From NCBI GenBank assembly GCA_965657355.1, contig CBFHOE010000007.1, forward strand, positions 128,001 to 192,000: a stretch of DNA of 64,000 bases, read 5' to 3'. The notes beneath the pieces are model-generated. The model was not told the origin of the DNA, did no database searches, and worked only from the letters and a program-made list of their open reading frames with translations. The DNA comes from Limisphaerales bacterium. Lineage in GTDB: Bacteria; Verrucomicrobiota; Verrucomicrobiia; Limisphaerales; JAJOIW01. The translations under genes and the position numbers were made by a program. Positions 9,388 to 18,985 of the stretch are shown in pieces. The first letter of the stretch is position 1, and each line of letters begins with the position of its first letter.

Positions 9388-12300
9388 CTATTTTGAATTC
9401 ACTTTTGGGATTTTATCCAACTCCGTATCGGTCCAGGGAGTGGATCGATGTTCAAATTGCTTCCGGACTTTGGTGACCTCTTCTTTTGAAATAGATTCAG
9501 CCTTATTCCCCCAGGCGTATCTAACATAGGAAAGGATCTCGGCTAGCCGATCATCTCGTGTGATACCTAGTGCCTTGGCAGGAGCCATATAAGCCGCTGC
9601 ATAATTGTTGTCATTGATAGGCCCCGTCAAACCATTAATGAATACGGGGATCAGTTGATTAGGATCTCCCTGGACTCTTTTACTCTCTGCTAGAGCAGGC
9701 GCAAGTGGTTGCTCCAGCCCACTTATCTTCATTCCCAAACCATCAGCTCCATGACAGGATATGCAATATTGATAGTATTGTCTCTCTCCAGATTCAATAT
9801 GTCGCCTCTCTACCTTGGGCATCTCCTTGGGAAAATCAAGTCCTCTATTCCAATTAGCGATAGCTGATTTCCAACCAGATACAACACTTGAACGATCTTC
9901 TTGTTTAAGGCTATTAAAGGCTTCGCCGCTTTTTACTTCTGAAACAAATTCGAGGTGTGATTTTCCCCATAAAGAAATGGTAGCACTCATCATAACTCCA
10001 CGATCCCCCAAATGATTTCTGGCAGCTACCTGGATAGCATTTTCGGCTAGCTTTGAATCTGATAGACCAAGTGTATTTATGAGTTGCTGAACAACTCTGG
10101 GATTGTCATCTTCCTTCATTAAGAGGAGAAGTTGTATGTAATCCTCAATTTTTGTTTCAGCGATCCGTATACCAGCGATCCGTATGCAGGGTTCCTTATC
10201 ATGAAGAGCCGCTGATAACACATCTCTGGGAATCGCATCCATTCCTTCAAGGGTCCAAAGGGCATGAAGTCGTGCTAGTTTGTTTTGTGTATATCTAAAC
10301 GTTGACTCCAATAAAGGAATGACACTTTCCCTGTCATCCTTTAACAGAATGAGCTTTTGAGCCGTATCCCGCCACCAACCATTCGGATGGTGTAAATGCC
10401 TCACCAATTCAACAGTAGTTTCGCCGAGCATTTGAGGTTTTTTTCCTGGCTGAAAATCTTTATGCCTGATCCGCCAAATACGTCCCATTAATCTGTTGTT
10501 GACCAATCCAGACTCGCGAGTAAATTTCCGAGCGTTTGGATTCATCCAAGGGGCATCTTGAATGATACCCCTATACATATCTGTTACGTATAACATCCCA
10601 TCTGGAGCCGTTGCTGTATTCACAAAACGACAATTGATATCGCTTGATAACAAAAATTCTTTATTCTCCGACTCAGCTTTGGTGAGCATCAATTTGCCTC
10701 TTTGAAATTCAATATTAGAACGTCTAAGCACGTGAATCGTTGGGTCTACAAAGAAATACCTCCCTCTATCTTCGAATGGTAATTTATCGCCACGAAAAAC
10801 ACTTTGTCCGCAAGCTGAAGTAAATGATCGAACCTCGTGAGCTGAACCGCCTCTGTCGTTTAATAGGCACAAGCTTTTGACCTTCATGAAGTCAGGCTCA
10901 TAAGGATCGCCCAAAGTAATAGGTAAGCCATTGATTCTTTTTTTCGCTAATCGCTGGACGGTATACCAGTATTTTGGATGAATTTGTGCGGATACAAGAG
11001 GCCCGCTATTGTGTATCCAGTAAAGTCTTCCGAAATCATCATGTGTAAGCCCCCATTGGGTCCAATGACCTGGTTGCGGTTGGGGCCGCCAAACACCATC
11101 GGTGTATCGATAACGCTCCATGTTATAACTGATGTATATGTAGTTATCGATATTCCAGATAAGCCCCGAATCCTGATGTTCGACAGATGTATTTGGACCA
11201 TTACGGCTTCTTGGACCGTATTGGAAAAGAGGTTTTTTTTGATCGGCAACTCCATCACCATCAGAGTCTCGGTATGCGATGACATCCATGGTGTCTGACT
11301 CTCTGATAGCAATCCAGTCATCTAGCGGAAGTATCATCCTGGGGAGATTCAATTTATCAACAAAGACAGAAACTTTGTCCATTCTCCCATCGCCATCTGT
11401 ATCCACCAGCTTTTTAATCCTACCATTTCGTAATTTCTTAGTCCCTGTTCCATTTTCATCTTGCATGTAGCTTCTCATTTCGGCGACATACATAGCACCG
11501 TTGCCATCCCAGACTGTAAGAACGGGTTCTTCCACTTGGGGCTCTGAAGCCACTAGCTCAGCAACGTATCCGGGAGCAATTTGAAAGGTCGTGAGTTCTT
11601 CCTCTGGAGTTAAAACAGAATATGGGTTTCTATTTTTCTTTTCTTTGGCAGTGGATAAAGCACCATTACTCTTTTCGAGGTGTGGGTGATTCCACTGAAC
11701 CTGATTCGGAGGAATTATGCTCGTCGTTGATTCGTTGGGAAAACCCCCTGGCATCTGAATGGACACCGAACCTGTCGCCAAATATTCACAGCTGCGAGCA
11801 ACGATAGTTTGAAAACCAACACAATATAGTGCATCCCATGTTCGTTCTCCTCTATAGAAATGTCCCAGTGAAGTGACGATGGCTCGCCCTTTTCCGTATT
11901 TAACCTCCCAGGTTATAGGCTCATGTTTTCCAGTCCCCCGTTGTCGTGGATCAGAAAAAGCGGATGATAGAATGGTGAGATTATGGGCAGGCCCACGCAT
12001 ATTATGATAAAGTTCATCTCTTGCATGTAACCATACTACTGGCAGCCCTCGCATAATAGGGTGACTTGGCTCACGGATGGTAATTTGAAAAGGGTGTTTA
12101 GAGCCGTGGGCAGAATTTGAAGCAGTTAAGTCTGAATATTTTCTACCGGTTTCAGGATCAAACTTGATTGCTTTTCCATAAGGAGCTTTTCGCCAACCGA
12201 TGCCAATAATATCATTAAATTCCGGCCAATTAGAAAAGGCGTTGTTTGCAGCATGAACGAGTAAAATTCCGCCACCATCTTTTACATAATTGACAAAATC

Positions 12301-12711
12301 CTCTTGGACCCTGGTGGGCCAAGATTGGCCATTGTAATTTAGGACTACGCAATCGTATTTCTTAAAATCAGGATACCAATTCTCCCAATCTTTTTTTGCT
12401 CGCTCCTTAGCAGATTGGATCAATTCATTAAATTTAGTCTTGGCTACTTTGTATCTTTGTTGATCTTTGGGGTTATCTGATTTAGGAGCTCTGGGCTGGG
12501 TTGGGATACGAGATTCCGGAGCAGTCGAAACTGAGACAAGAAATTTCCCAGTAGATTGCAGTGTCGCTCTTATGGAGTCGGTAGTTATGCGCCAATTATG
12601 ATTATTCCTTCCATCAACAATCAAAACCTTGGATGGTTCATTTCCAGTTACTCCTTCAAAATGGAATACCAAACAAAGAAATAACAAAGTGATGAATAAT
12701 GGGCTTCTCAT
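9388..12711 (-). CDS. ThuA-like domain + dehydrogenase-like beta-propeller + HEAT + c-type cytochrome fusion
   Basis: N-terminal VLIVDGRNNHNW...VHAANNAF...DELYH...YGKGR...SLGH (ThuA-like), then PGYVAELVASEP propeller, HPNGWWRDTAQKL, and CISCH heme motif. Confidence 0.85.
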   Translation of the reverse strand: MRSPLFITLLFLCLVFHFEGVTGNEPSKVLIVDGRNNHNWRITTDSIRATLQSTGKFLVSVSTAPESRIPTQPRAPKSDNPKDQQRYKVAKTKFNELIQSAKERAKKDWENWYPDFKKYDCVVLNYNGQSWPTRVQEDFVNYVKDGGGILLVHAANNAFSNWPEFNDIIGIGWRKAPYGKAIKFDPETGRKYSDLTASNSAHGSKHPFQITIREPSHPIMRGLPVVWLHARDELYHNMRGPAHNLTILSSAFSDPRQRGTGKHEPITWEVKYGKGRAIVTSLGHFYRGERTWDALYCVGFQTIVARSCEYLATGSVSIQMPGGFPNESTTSIIPPNQVQWNHPHLEKSNGALSTAKEKKNRNPYSVLTPEEELTTFQIAPGYVAELVASEPQVEEPVLTVWDGNGAMYVAEMRSYMQDENGTGTKKLRNGRIKKLVDTDGDGRMDKVSVFVDKLNLPRMILPLDDWIAIRESDTMDVIAYRDSDGDGVADQKKPLFQYGPRSRNGPNTSVEHQDSGLIWNIDNYIYISYNMERYRYTDGVWRPQPQPGHWTQWGLTHDDFGRLYWIHNSGPLVSAQIHPKYWYTVQRLAKKRINGLPITLGDPYEPDFMKVKSLCLLNDRGGSAHEVRSFTSACGQSVFRGDKLPFEDRGRYFFVDPTIHVLRRSNIEFQRGKLMLTKAESENKEFLLSSDINCRFVNTATAPDGMLYVTDMYRGIIQDAPWMNPNARKFTRESGLVNNRLMGRIWRIRHKDFQPGKKPQMLGETTVELVRHLHHPNGWWRDTAQKLILLKDDRESVIPLLESTFRYTQNKLARLHALWTLEGMDAIPRDVLSAALHDKEPCIRIAGIRIAETKIEDYIQLLLLMKEDDNPRVVQQLINTLGLSDSKLAENAIQVAARNHLGDRGVMMSATISLWGKSHLEFVSEVKSGEAFNSLKQEDRSSVVSGWKSAIANWNRGLDFPKEMPKVERRHIESGERQYYQYCISCHGADGLGMKISGLEQPLAPALAESKRVQGDPNQLIPVFINGLTGPINDNNYAAAYMAPAKALGITRDDRLAEILSYVRYAWGNKAESISKEEVTKVRKQFEHRSTPWTDTELDKIPKVNSK

Positions 12712-12901
12712 TGGTTTTTATAAATATCCGACTTTGTCATAGATAGGCAAGATTTGTGGGTGTCATTTGTCCATACTCCAATCAAACAATAAAAGTTCAT
12801 GTATACATTAATACCTACATTCAAAAATTAAGGGCATAAAAACCCTTTTTTGTTAAAGTATTTTTCTGGATGCCTGAATCTACAGTCTCGACTAATTCAT
12901 C

Positions 12902-14332
12902 TTAAGCGATTATGTCCGAAATGACATGACCGTGGACATTGGTCAATCGTCGATCAATACCATTATGATACCAAGTTAAAGCTTCGTGGTTAATCCCCAA
13001 CAAATGAAGGACCGTTGCGTGAAAATCAGGCCATGTCACCTTGTTTGTTGCCGCCCTCCAACCAATGTCATCAGATTCACCGTATGCCATACCTCCTTTT
13101 AATCCGGCTCCTGCCATCCAAACGGTGAATCCATCGGCATTATGATCTCGCCCTAAGCCTAATTGATTGGCACCGGACTGAGTAAAAGGCGTTCTCCCAA
13201 ACTCTGAGGTAAATAAAAGGAGAGTATCATCCAACATTCCCCTTTGTTTCAGATCTTTAATCAAAGCAGCAACAGGTTGGTCGATAAGACCAGCCTCTCG
13301 TTGATGATTAACACGATTATTTTCGTGACCATCCCAGCCGTGTCTGGGCTTCCCGCCAAAAGCACCTCCCGAAAATAATTGAACGAAACGAACTCCTCTT
13401 TCGAGAAGGCGTCTGGAAAGAATACACCGCCTTGCACAATCTGCAGTTGTTGGATTATCGAGACCATAGAGATCCTTAATAAACCCCGGTTCAGAATTGA
13501 AGTCTACAGCTTCAGGAACTGAAACTTGCATTCTTGCAGCGAGTTCATAAGAGCGGATTCGAGCATTTAAAAGATCATTCCCATCGTGTAACTCAAGATG
13601 AGATGCATTCAGTTCCTTTAACAAATTAAAGGCTTCATTTTTGGATTCGGGTGAAAGTTTTTGGTTTGCAAAAAGATTACGAACGGGGTGAACTCCATCA
13701 CCAAAAAGGGTACCCTGGTGACGCGCCGGCAAAAATCCATTGGACCAATTCGATGCTCCTCCATTTGGCAAACTTCGGGCGTCTGGTAGCACCACAAAAG
13801 TTGGTAAAGATTCCGACTCATTTCCAAGTCCATAGGAAAGCCAGCTGCCCAGAGAAGGAAAACCATTAGACTGAAAACCACAAAGCTCCTGGAACATGGC
13901 AGGCATATGGTTTGCTGTATCCGCTACCATTGAATTAATGACAGTAAGATCATCGGCAACCGAAGCAAGGTTAGGGAATAGATCAGAAACCCAAAGCCCA
14001 CATTTCCCCCTTTGCCTAAACTTCCATTCGCTCTTTCTAAGCAACCCAATATTCCCAAAAAAGGTCTGAGGCTTTGCTCGAGATGGCAATGACTTACCAT
14101 GTAGTTTATCCAGTTGAGGTTTGTAATCAAATGAATCAACCTGACTAAATCCACCCACCAAACAAATATGGATAGCCCGTTTTGCCTTTGCAATTGGATG
14201 CCCCGATTCCAGGCTCCCAGAAGCATTTTGGCTTTGCCCAAGCAAATTAACCAAAGCGGCACTACCAAGGCCTGACACACTAAAGTCTAAAAAGGACCTT
14301 CGGCTTATTTGGTTATCTATGAGGGTGTTCAT
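12902..14332 (-). CDS. DUF1501 family protein with Tat-like signal
   Basis: SRRSFL twin-arginine, GGFSQVDSFDYKP, PSLGSWLSYGLG, RRLLERGVRFVQ, EFGRTP, GRDHN. Confidence 0.92.
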   Translation of the reverse strand: MNTLIDNQISRRSFLDFSVSGLGSAALVNLLGQSQNASGSLESGHPIAKAKRAIHICLVGGFSQVDSFDYKPQLDKLHGKSLPSRAKPQTFFGNIGLLRKSEWKFRQRGKCGLWVSDLFPNLASVADDLTVINSMVADTANHMPAMFQELCGFQSNGFPSLGSWLSYGLGNESESLPTFVVLPDARSLPNGGASNWSNGFLPARHQGTLFGDGVHPVRNLFANQKLSPESKNEAFNLLKELNASHLELHDGNDLLNARIRSYELAARMQVSVPEAVDFNSEPGFIKDLYGLDNPTTADCARRCILSRRLLERGVRFVQLFSGGAFGGKPRHGWDGHENNRVNHQREAGLIDQPVAALIKDLKQRGMLDDTLLLFTSEFGRTPFTQSGANQLGLGRDHNADGFTVWMAGAGLKGGMAYGESDDIGWRAATNKVTWPDFHATVLHLLGINHEALTWYHNGIDRRLTNVHGHVISDIIA

Positions 14333-14347
14333 TTTGAGGTCTATATT

Positions 14348-16531
14348 TTAATCTATAAATATAAATTCGTTGCTATTGAATAATACGCGGCACAAAAGGC
14401 TCAGCCCTCGGTTAATTACAAATTGGACCGACCTTTCTTTCTCTTCTGAAGTAGGCCTCCTGCCCAAAACTAACTCCCAACTTCGAGTAACCTGCAACTC
14501 AACAGACCCACCAGTTTCTTCCTTGATTTTTTGTTCCAATTTTTTAGACATGCGCAATATAAAACTATCATTCCATTGACTTAATGCCTGCGACGGAGTT
14601 GTCGTCACCATACGCACTGGTGTTTTGGTCGATGGATCAGGACAGTCAAACGAATCTAACAAAGCACTTCTTTGGCCTCTAGCATTCCACCTATATAAAG
14701 TACGTCGATTATATTCTTCACCTTCGGGATCAATGGGAGAATAATAGAATGCCGGGGCGACCTGAACGATTTTTACATCAAGATAGCTTGGCCCAAATAG
14801 TTTGGAGTTCAATTGGCCCGAGATCTCCAGTATGGAATCTCTTAAAACTTCTGCCTCTACACGCCGCGGATTTTGTCGCCATAACAATCTGTTTTCTGGA
14901 TCGATTGCCTCACCCTCCGACCTTAGTTTTGAATCCTGCTTGTAGGTTGAAGACAATAAAATTAATTTGTGGAGCTTTTTCATGGAGTATCCGTTGTCAC
15001 GAAACCATGCAGCAAGCCAGTCAAGGAGCTCTGGGTGACTTGGGAGACCGCCATTGAAACCAAAGTCACTTGGCGACTCCACAATCCCTTTACCAAAGTG
15101 ATAATGCCAAATTCTATTAACAGCCACTCTTTGAAAGAGGGCATTGTTTTTATGGGTGACCCAATTAGCAAGCCGCTTCCGGCGTTCACCATCCGAATCA
15201 GCTTTGGAATCATAAAAATCAGAATTGAGATTTTTCAGAGAAGCTATCCCGCCAGGCTTTACTTCTTCAGACGGTAGATTTACATCACCCCTCTCATAAA
15301 CCTTCATAACTCCAGGCTTTCTGGATATAACTGTATAAACCGTTTGCTCTGTCTTTGAACCACCGTTACCAGAATGATTTTTAGAGGTATATATTTTCCT
15401 TTCTCCATGATGAACCCCATCCAATGCTGCAATGAAACCATAATATTCCCGCATTGATATAGGATCGAATTTATGGTCGTGGCATCGCGCACAATTTATT
15501 GTCAGCCCTAAAAAGGTTTGCCCAATAGTTCCTGCGAGTTCCTCGAATTCATCGTGCCGCCCTGATAGTTTCATGGCTGGATTGACACCTAAAATCGTAT
15601 TATGAGCACCTGCAACTAAAAACCCAACAGCGGCAGCTCCATCGTAGGAATCGCTATTGATAATGTCCCCCGCTAATTGCATTTTTGAAAAGGAATCAAA
15701 GGGCATGTCATCATTGAATGCCCTTATCAGCCAGTCCCTATAGTGCCATGAATGATAGCGAGGCCGATTGTATTCATATCCATCACTCTCTCCGAATCGA
15801 ACAACATCCATCCAATGTCGCGCCCAGCGCTCCCCATAATGTGGCGAGGCTAATAAATCATCGACTAATTTTTCCCATGCTTTATTGGTCGGATTACCAC
15901 TAAATTTATTAATGACATCGACGGGGGCTGGTAAACCGACAAGATCAATATAGAGCCGTCTCACCAGAGATCTTGGATTTGCTTCGGGAGATGGTCTTAG
16001 ATCGTGACTTTTCAATTTAGATAAGACGAACTGATCTATCTCATTTTCCGACCAAGAATCATGTTTAATTTGTGGGATCTTAGTTTTAGCAATGGGTTGG
16101 AGAGACCACCAATCATAACCAGCTCTCTGGTCCGAAGTATAAAGAAAAGGATTTATTGGTTCTGCCCCCCATTTTGCTCCCTCAGCAATCCAACTTTTTA
16201 TAACCTCTTTTTCCTTTACAGGTAGTGGATACTTAGGAGGCATTTCATCATCCTCTAATTGCTTCCAAAGTAGACTTTCTTCAGGATTACCTGGAACTAA
16301 TACGAGGCCGCTTTCCCCACCTTTCAGAGCAGAGTCATTCCTACTGAGATCAAGATTTCCTTTGGGCTCACTACCACTATGACATTTTAAACAATGCGCT
16401 GCCAGTATAGGAGCGACTGTCTTGTCAAAATAATCTTTACTGCTCTCAATGGGTGTTGTTTGTGGGAGTTCTTCAGCTACAACTAAAGAATGAAACAACA
16501 GGTATGAAAGGATCAAATAGCTTAATTTCAT
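14348..16531 (-). CDS. Planctomycete cytochrome c + DUF1549 + DUF1553 (PSCyt/PSD1) protein
   Basis: CLKCH, LLASPHYGERWARHWMDVVRF, CARCHDHKFDPI, PSHPELLDWLA, FDCPDPS, TTPSQAL; 15 nt upstream of the DUF1501 gene, the usual pairing. Confidence 0.92.
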   Translation of the reverse strand: MKLSYLILSYLLFHSLVVAEELPQTTPIESSKDYFDKTVAPILAAHCLKCHSGSEPKGNLDLSRNDSALKGGESGLVLVPGNPEESLLWKQLEDDEMPPKYPLPVKEKEVIKSWIAEGAKWGAEPINPFLYTSDQRAGYDWWSLQPIAKTKIPQIKHDSWSENEIDQFVLSKLKSHDLRPSPEANPRSLVRRLYIDLVGLPAPVDVINKFSGNPTNKAWEKLVDDLLASPHYGERWARHWMDVVRFGESDGYEYNRPRYHSWHYRDWLIRAFNDDMPFDSFSKMQLAGDIINSDSYDGAAAVGFLVAGAHNTILGVNPAMKLSGRHDEFEELAGTIGQTFLGLTINCARCHDHKFDPISMREYYGFIAALDGVHHGERKIYTSKNHSGNGGSKTEQTVYTVISRKPGVMKVYERGDVNLPSEEVKPGGIASLKNLNSDFYDSKADSDGERRKRLANWVTHKNNALFQRVAVNRIWHYHFGKGIVESPSDFGFNGGLPSHPELLDWLAAWFRDNGYSMKKLHKLILLSSTYKQDSKLRSEGEAIDPENRLLWRQNPRRVEAEVLRDSILEISGQLNSKLFGPSYLDVKIVQVAPAFYYSPIDPEGEEYNRRTLYRWNARGQRSALLDSFDCPDPSTKTPVRMVTTTPSQALSQWNDSFILRMSKKLEQKIKEETGGSVELQVTRSWELVLGRRPTSEEKERSVQFVINRGLSLLCRVLFNSNEFIFID

Positions 16532-16581
16532 GCAAAGAAACTTTCCTAAACAAAAATCATTATAATGAATTGAGAAGAGTT

Positions 16582-18876
16582 TTAGTTGTTTAATAGAACA
16601 GGAGGAATTTTTTGTTCCTCAATTCTCAGCCAAAAATGACCACGTGGTGGTTGAACACCCCTTCTTGGATGGTTGTATCGCAAAAAACTCTTGGCAGCTA
16701 TGGTTACTTTTCCTCCCGCAAATTCATCTTTTACATCAGCATAAATATGAGTTCCTCTGGGTTGCCCACCTTGTCTTACGGCAACACCCCTGTCAGATTC
16801 AGTCAAAAGCTTTCCGTTGATGTAAATAGCAAAACCTTCGCCTGAATTGACGTGAGCAGCTCCACCAACAACGATCCTATACCTGTGCCCTTGTTTAAAT
16901 GGTGGCAATTCCACTTGCCCTCGCATGAGTAATACCTCCTTTTCCCATAATGATTTGGGTGTAATACTGCATCCACAAAAATCAGCTGTGCAAGATTCAT
17001 TCAGTGGAATCAAGTTCCCATCAAGCTGACCAAAGGGTTGAAAACCTTTCTTCCAATCTGGATGATTAGCTTCAAAACTTGGACTGGACCATTCCTGCGC
17101 CCCATCAGGATAGGTTACAGGACGGTAGCGATTTCCTTTATCTAAAGGAAGAGCCTCTTTCGGGTCAAAAGAAAGATAATCCCATTGAATTTCATTTAAA
17201 TTTGGTCCAAATGGCTGCCAATCGAAATCGTTCATATCAATCGTACGGTAGCAATTCTCTAAACCATAAATAGCCCCGCGCAGAAATTGGCTTCGTCTTT
17301 GTGGGCGTTCACAATTTGCCTCCGCGATCAAGGTTTTGGCATATTTGGGATTATTGACATATGAATTAATAATGCCATCAATAACAACCGGTTTTATTGC
17401 ATCTTGAGCTAGTTCTTTTTCTAACTCTGATAATTCCGTCAACTTAAAGGAAGCTTTTGACTGTGATCTTGGACCTTGAGGAACCGGTTCAGCCTCGCCT
17501 CCCTGCATAGCTACCATAGCACGCCCAATGGCATCTCCAATCAACATGTATGTTTCTGCGTTTCTATTATAATGATAGTCTTCACTTTTTGGGGACTCCT
17601 CAATTTCTCTCCAAAAATTCCTAGTATCGACCGAAGCCACATTTCCTTTGTATTCAGGGTGGCGATTGAAATCTGACACAGCCAGCTGGGCTTTTAAAAT
17701 CCTCTGAAATTTTTCCTGCATGTTGTTGCCACCAAAACCAACTGTAGCAACAACTACGGGTAATTTGGGTTTATTAAATTCTTTTCGAACATCGTTGATG
17801 AGATTTACCAGATGCTTTTCATATTCTGTAATACCTGGTTCGGAAAAACTATCCTTATGCCCCTGAAACCAGGCAAACCCAGAGATCTCATACCCCTGCC
17901 CTTTATAACCAGGCACTACTTTATCGATGTCTTCCAATGTTTTTCGAACACCTTCGATCATGAGTTTATACTCACCAGATTCAAAATTATTATCTGGATC
18001 TGTGCGACCACTTGATGGGGGACGAAAATCAAACCCCAAAGATCTGTTACCCTGTGCAGTTTTTATGAGAAGAACTTGTTCATCATGGTAAGTTCCCATG
18101 ACATGTCCAAAACCTAGTTCAGGTCCAATCGACCGCCCATTATTTGAAGACGGACTTAATGAAGACCCTTTGCCATCCTTAGCTAAGCGAGCTTCTTGAA
18201 AATAGACATCCTGACGAACAGTCCAGTTTCCATCAGAATCTACGAGCCAGGGGAATTTACCTTCCCTCTTGGCAACGGCTTCTAGATCTCCATTTCCTAA
18301 TAAATCTTTCTTTTCTATCCAAAAATGCGGGGCATCACCTTTGAAACCTGAAATAGAAAAAGAATACCGATTACCAGGAATAAGTTTTACAGCCTCTTTC
18401 TTTGCAGGCTCACCTTTTTCCCTGAGATAGACTTGTTTACCATTTAATTTCATTTCTGCGTATGAGTTGTCGCCAAATCCACATTGGAATTCATACTCTC
18501 CATACAAAGGAACTTCGAAACTTCCATTAGCGACAGTTTTTTTGGTGGGCCTTCCATTTGGGAGCAGAATTCTTAATGGGGCCGCTTTAAAGTGACCAAC
18601 CTGGTATATTTGAAATGGACTATTCGGAGTATACGGGTTCGAGCTGAAATAAATGCCACTATACATGTTCTTGGCCCCGCTTAGATTCCCCATGCCCACC
18701 ATATTTGATTGTCCAGCAAGAATATAAACCTTCACTGGTTTCGTAGAATCGCCAGGTTTACCATCTGGATCCGGAAGAATGGAAGGAATCTTATATCCTT
18801 CTGAAGTGGCACTTTCAGGCAGAAGACATGTCAGCAGTATTGCCAGACATATACTATTTAGTCTCGTTAAATTCAT
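16582..18876 (-). CDS. SASA-like SGNH esterase with internal insertion and ~300-aa C-terminal extension
   Basis: VYILAGQSNM, IGPELGFG, FAWFQGHKD, YHYNRNAETY; clear paralog of 3766..4920; signal peptide. Confidence 0.8.
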   Translation of the reverse strand: MNLTRLNSICLAILLTCLLPESATSEGYKIPSILPDPDGKPGDSTKPVKVYILAGQSNMVGMGNLSGAKNMYSGIYFSSNPYTPNSPFQIYQVGHFKAAPLRILLPNGRPTKKTVANGSFEVPLYGEYEFQCGFGDNSYAEMKLNGKQVYLREKGEPAKKEAVKLIPGNRYSFSISGFKGDAPHFWIEKKDLLGNGDLEAVAKREGKFPWLVDSDGNWTVRQDVYFQEARLAKDGKGSSLSPSSNNGRSIGPELGFGHVMGTYHDEQVLLIKTAQGNRSLGFDFRPPSSGRTDPDNNFESGEYKLMIEGVRKTLEDIDKVVPGYKGQGYEISGFAWFQGHKDSFSEPGITEYEKHLVNLINDVRKEFNKPKLPVVVATVGFGGNNMQEKFQRILKAQLAVSDFNRHPEYKGNVASVDTRNFWREIEESPKSEDYHYNRNAETYMLIGDAIGRAMVAMQGGEAEPVPQGPRSQSKASFKLTELSELEKELAQDAIKPVVIDGIINSYVNNPKYAKTLIAEANCERPQRRSQFLRGAIYGLENCYRTIDMNDFDWQPFGPNLNEIQWDYLSFDPKEALPLDKGNRYRPVTYPDGAQEWSSPSFEANHPDWKKGFQPFGQLDGNLIPLNESCTADFCGCSITPKSLWEKEVLLMRGQVELPPFKQGHRYRIVVGGAAHVNSGEGFAIYINGKLLTESDRGVAVRQGGQPRGTHIYADVKDEFAGGKVTIAAKSFLRYNHPRRGVQPPRGHFWLRIEEQKIPPVLLNN

Positions 18877-18985
18877 GAGATAGAAATTGAAAAAATTCTA
18901 TCACTTAAGGTCACAGAAGTCGAGAAATGTAAGGCTTGTGAAAAAGTCACATTTTCACAAATGATAAAACCACATCACTCCAAAT

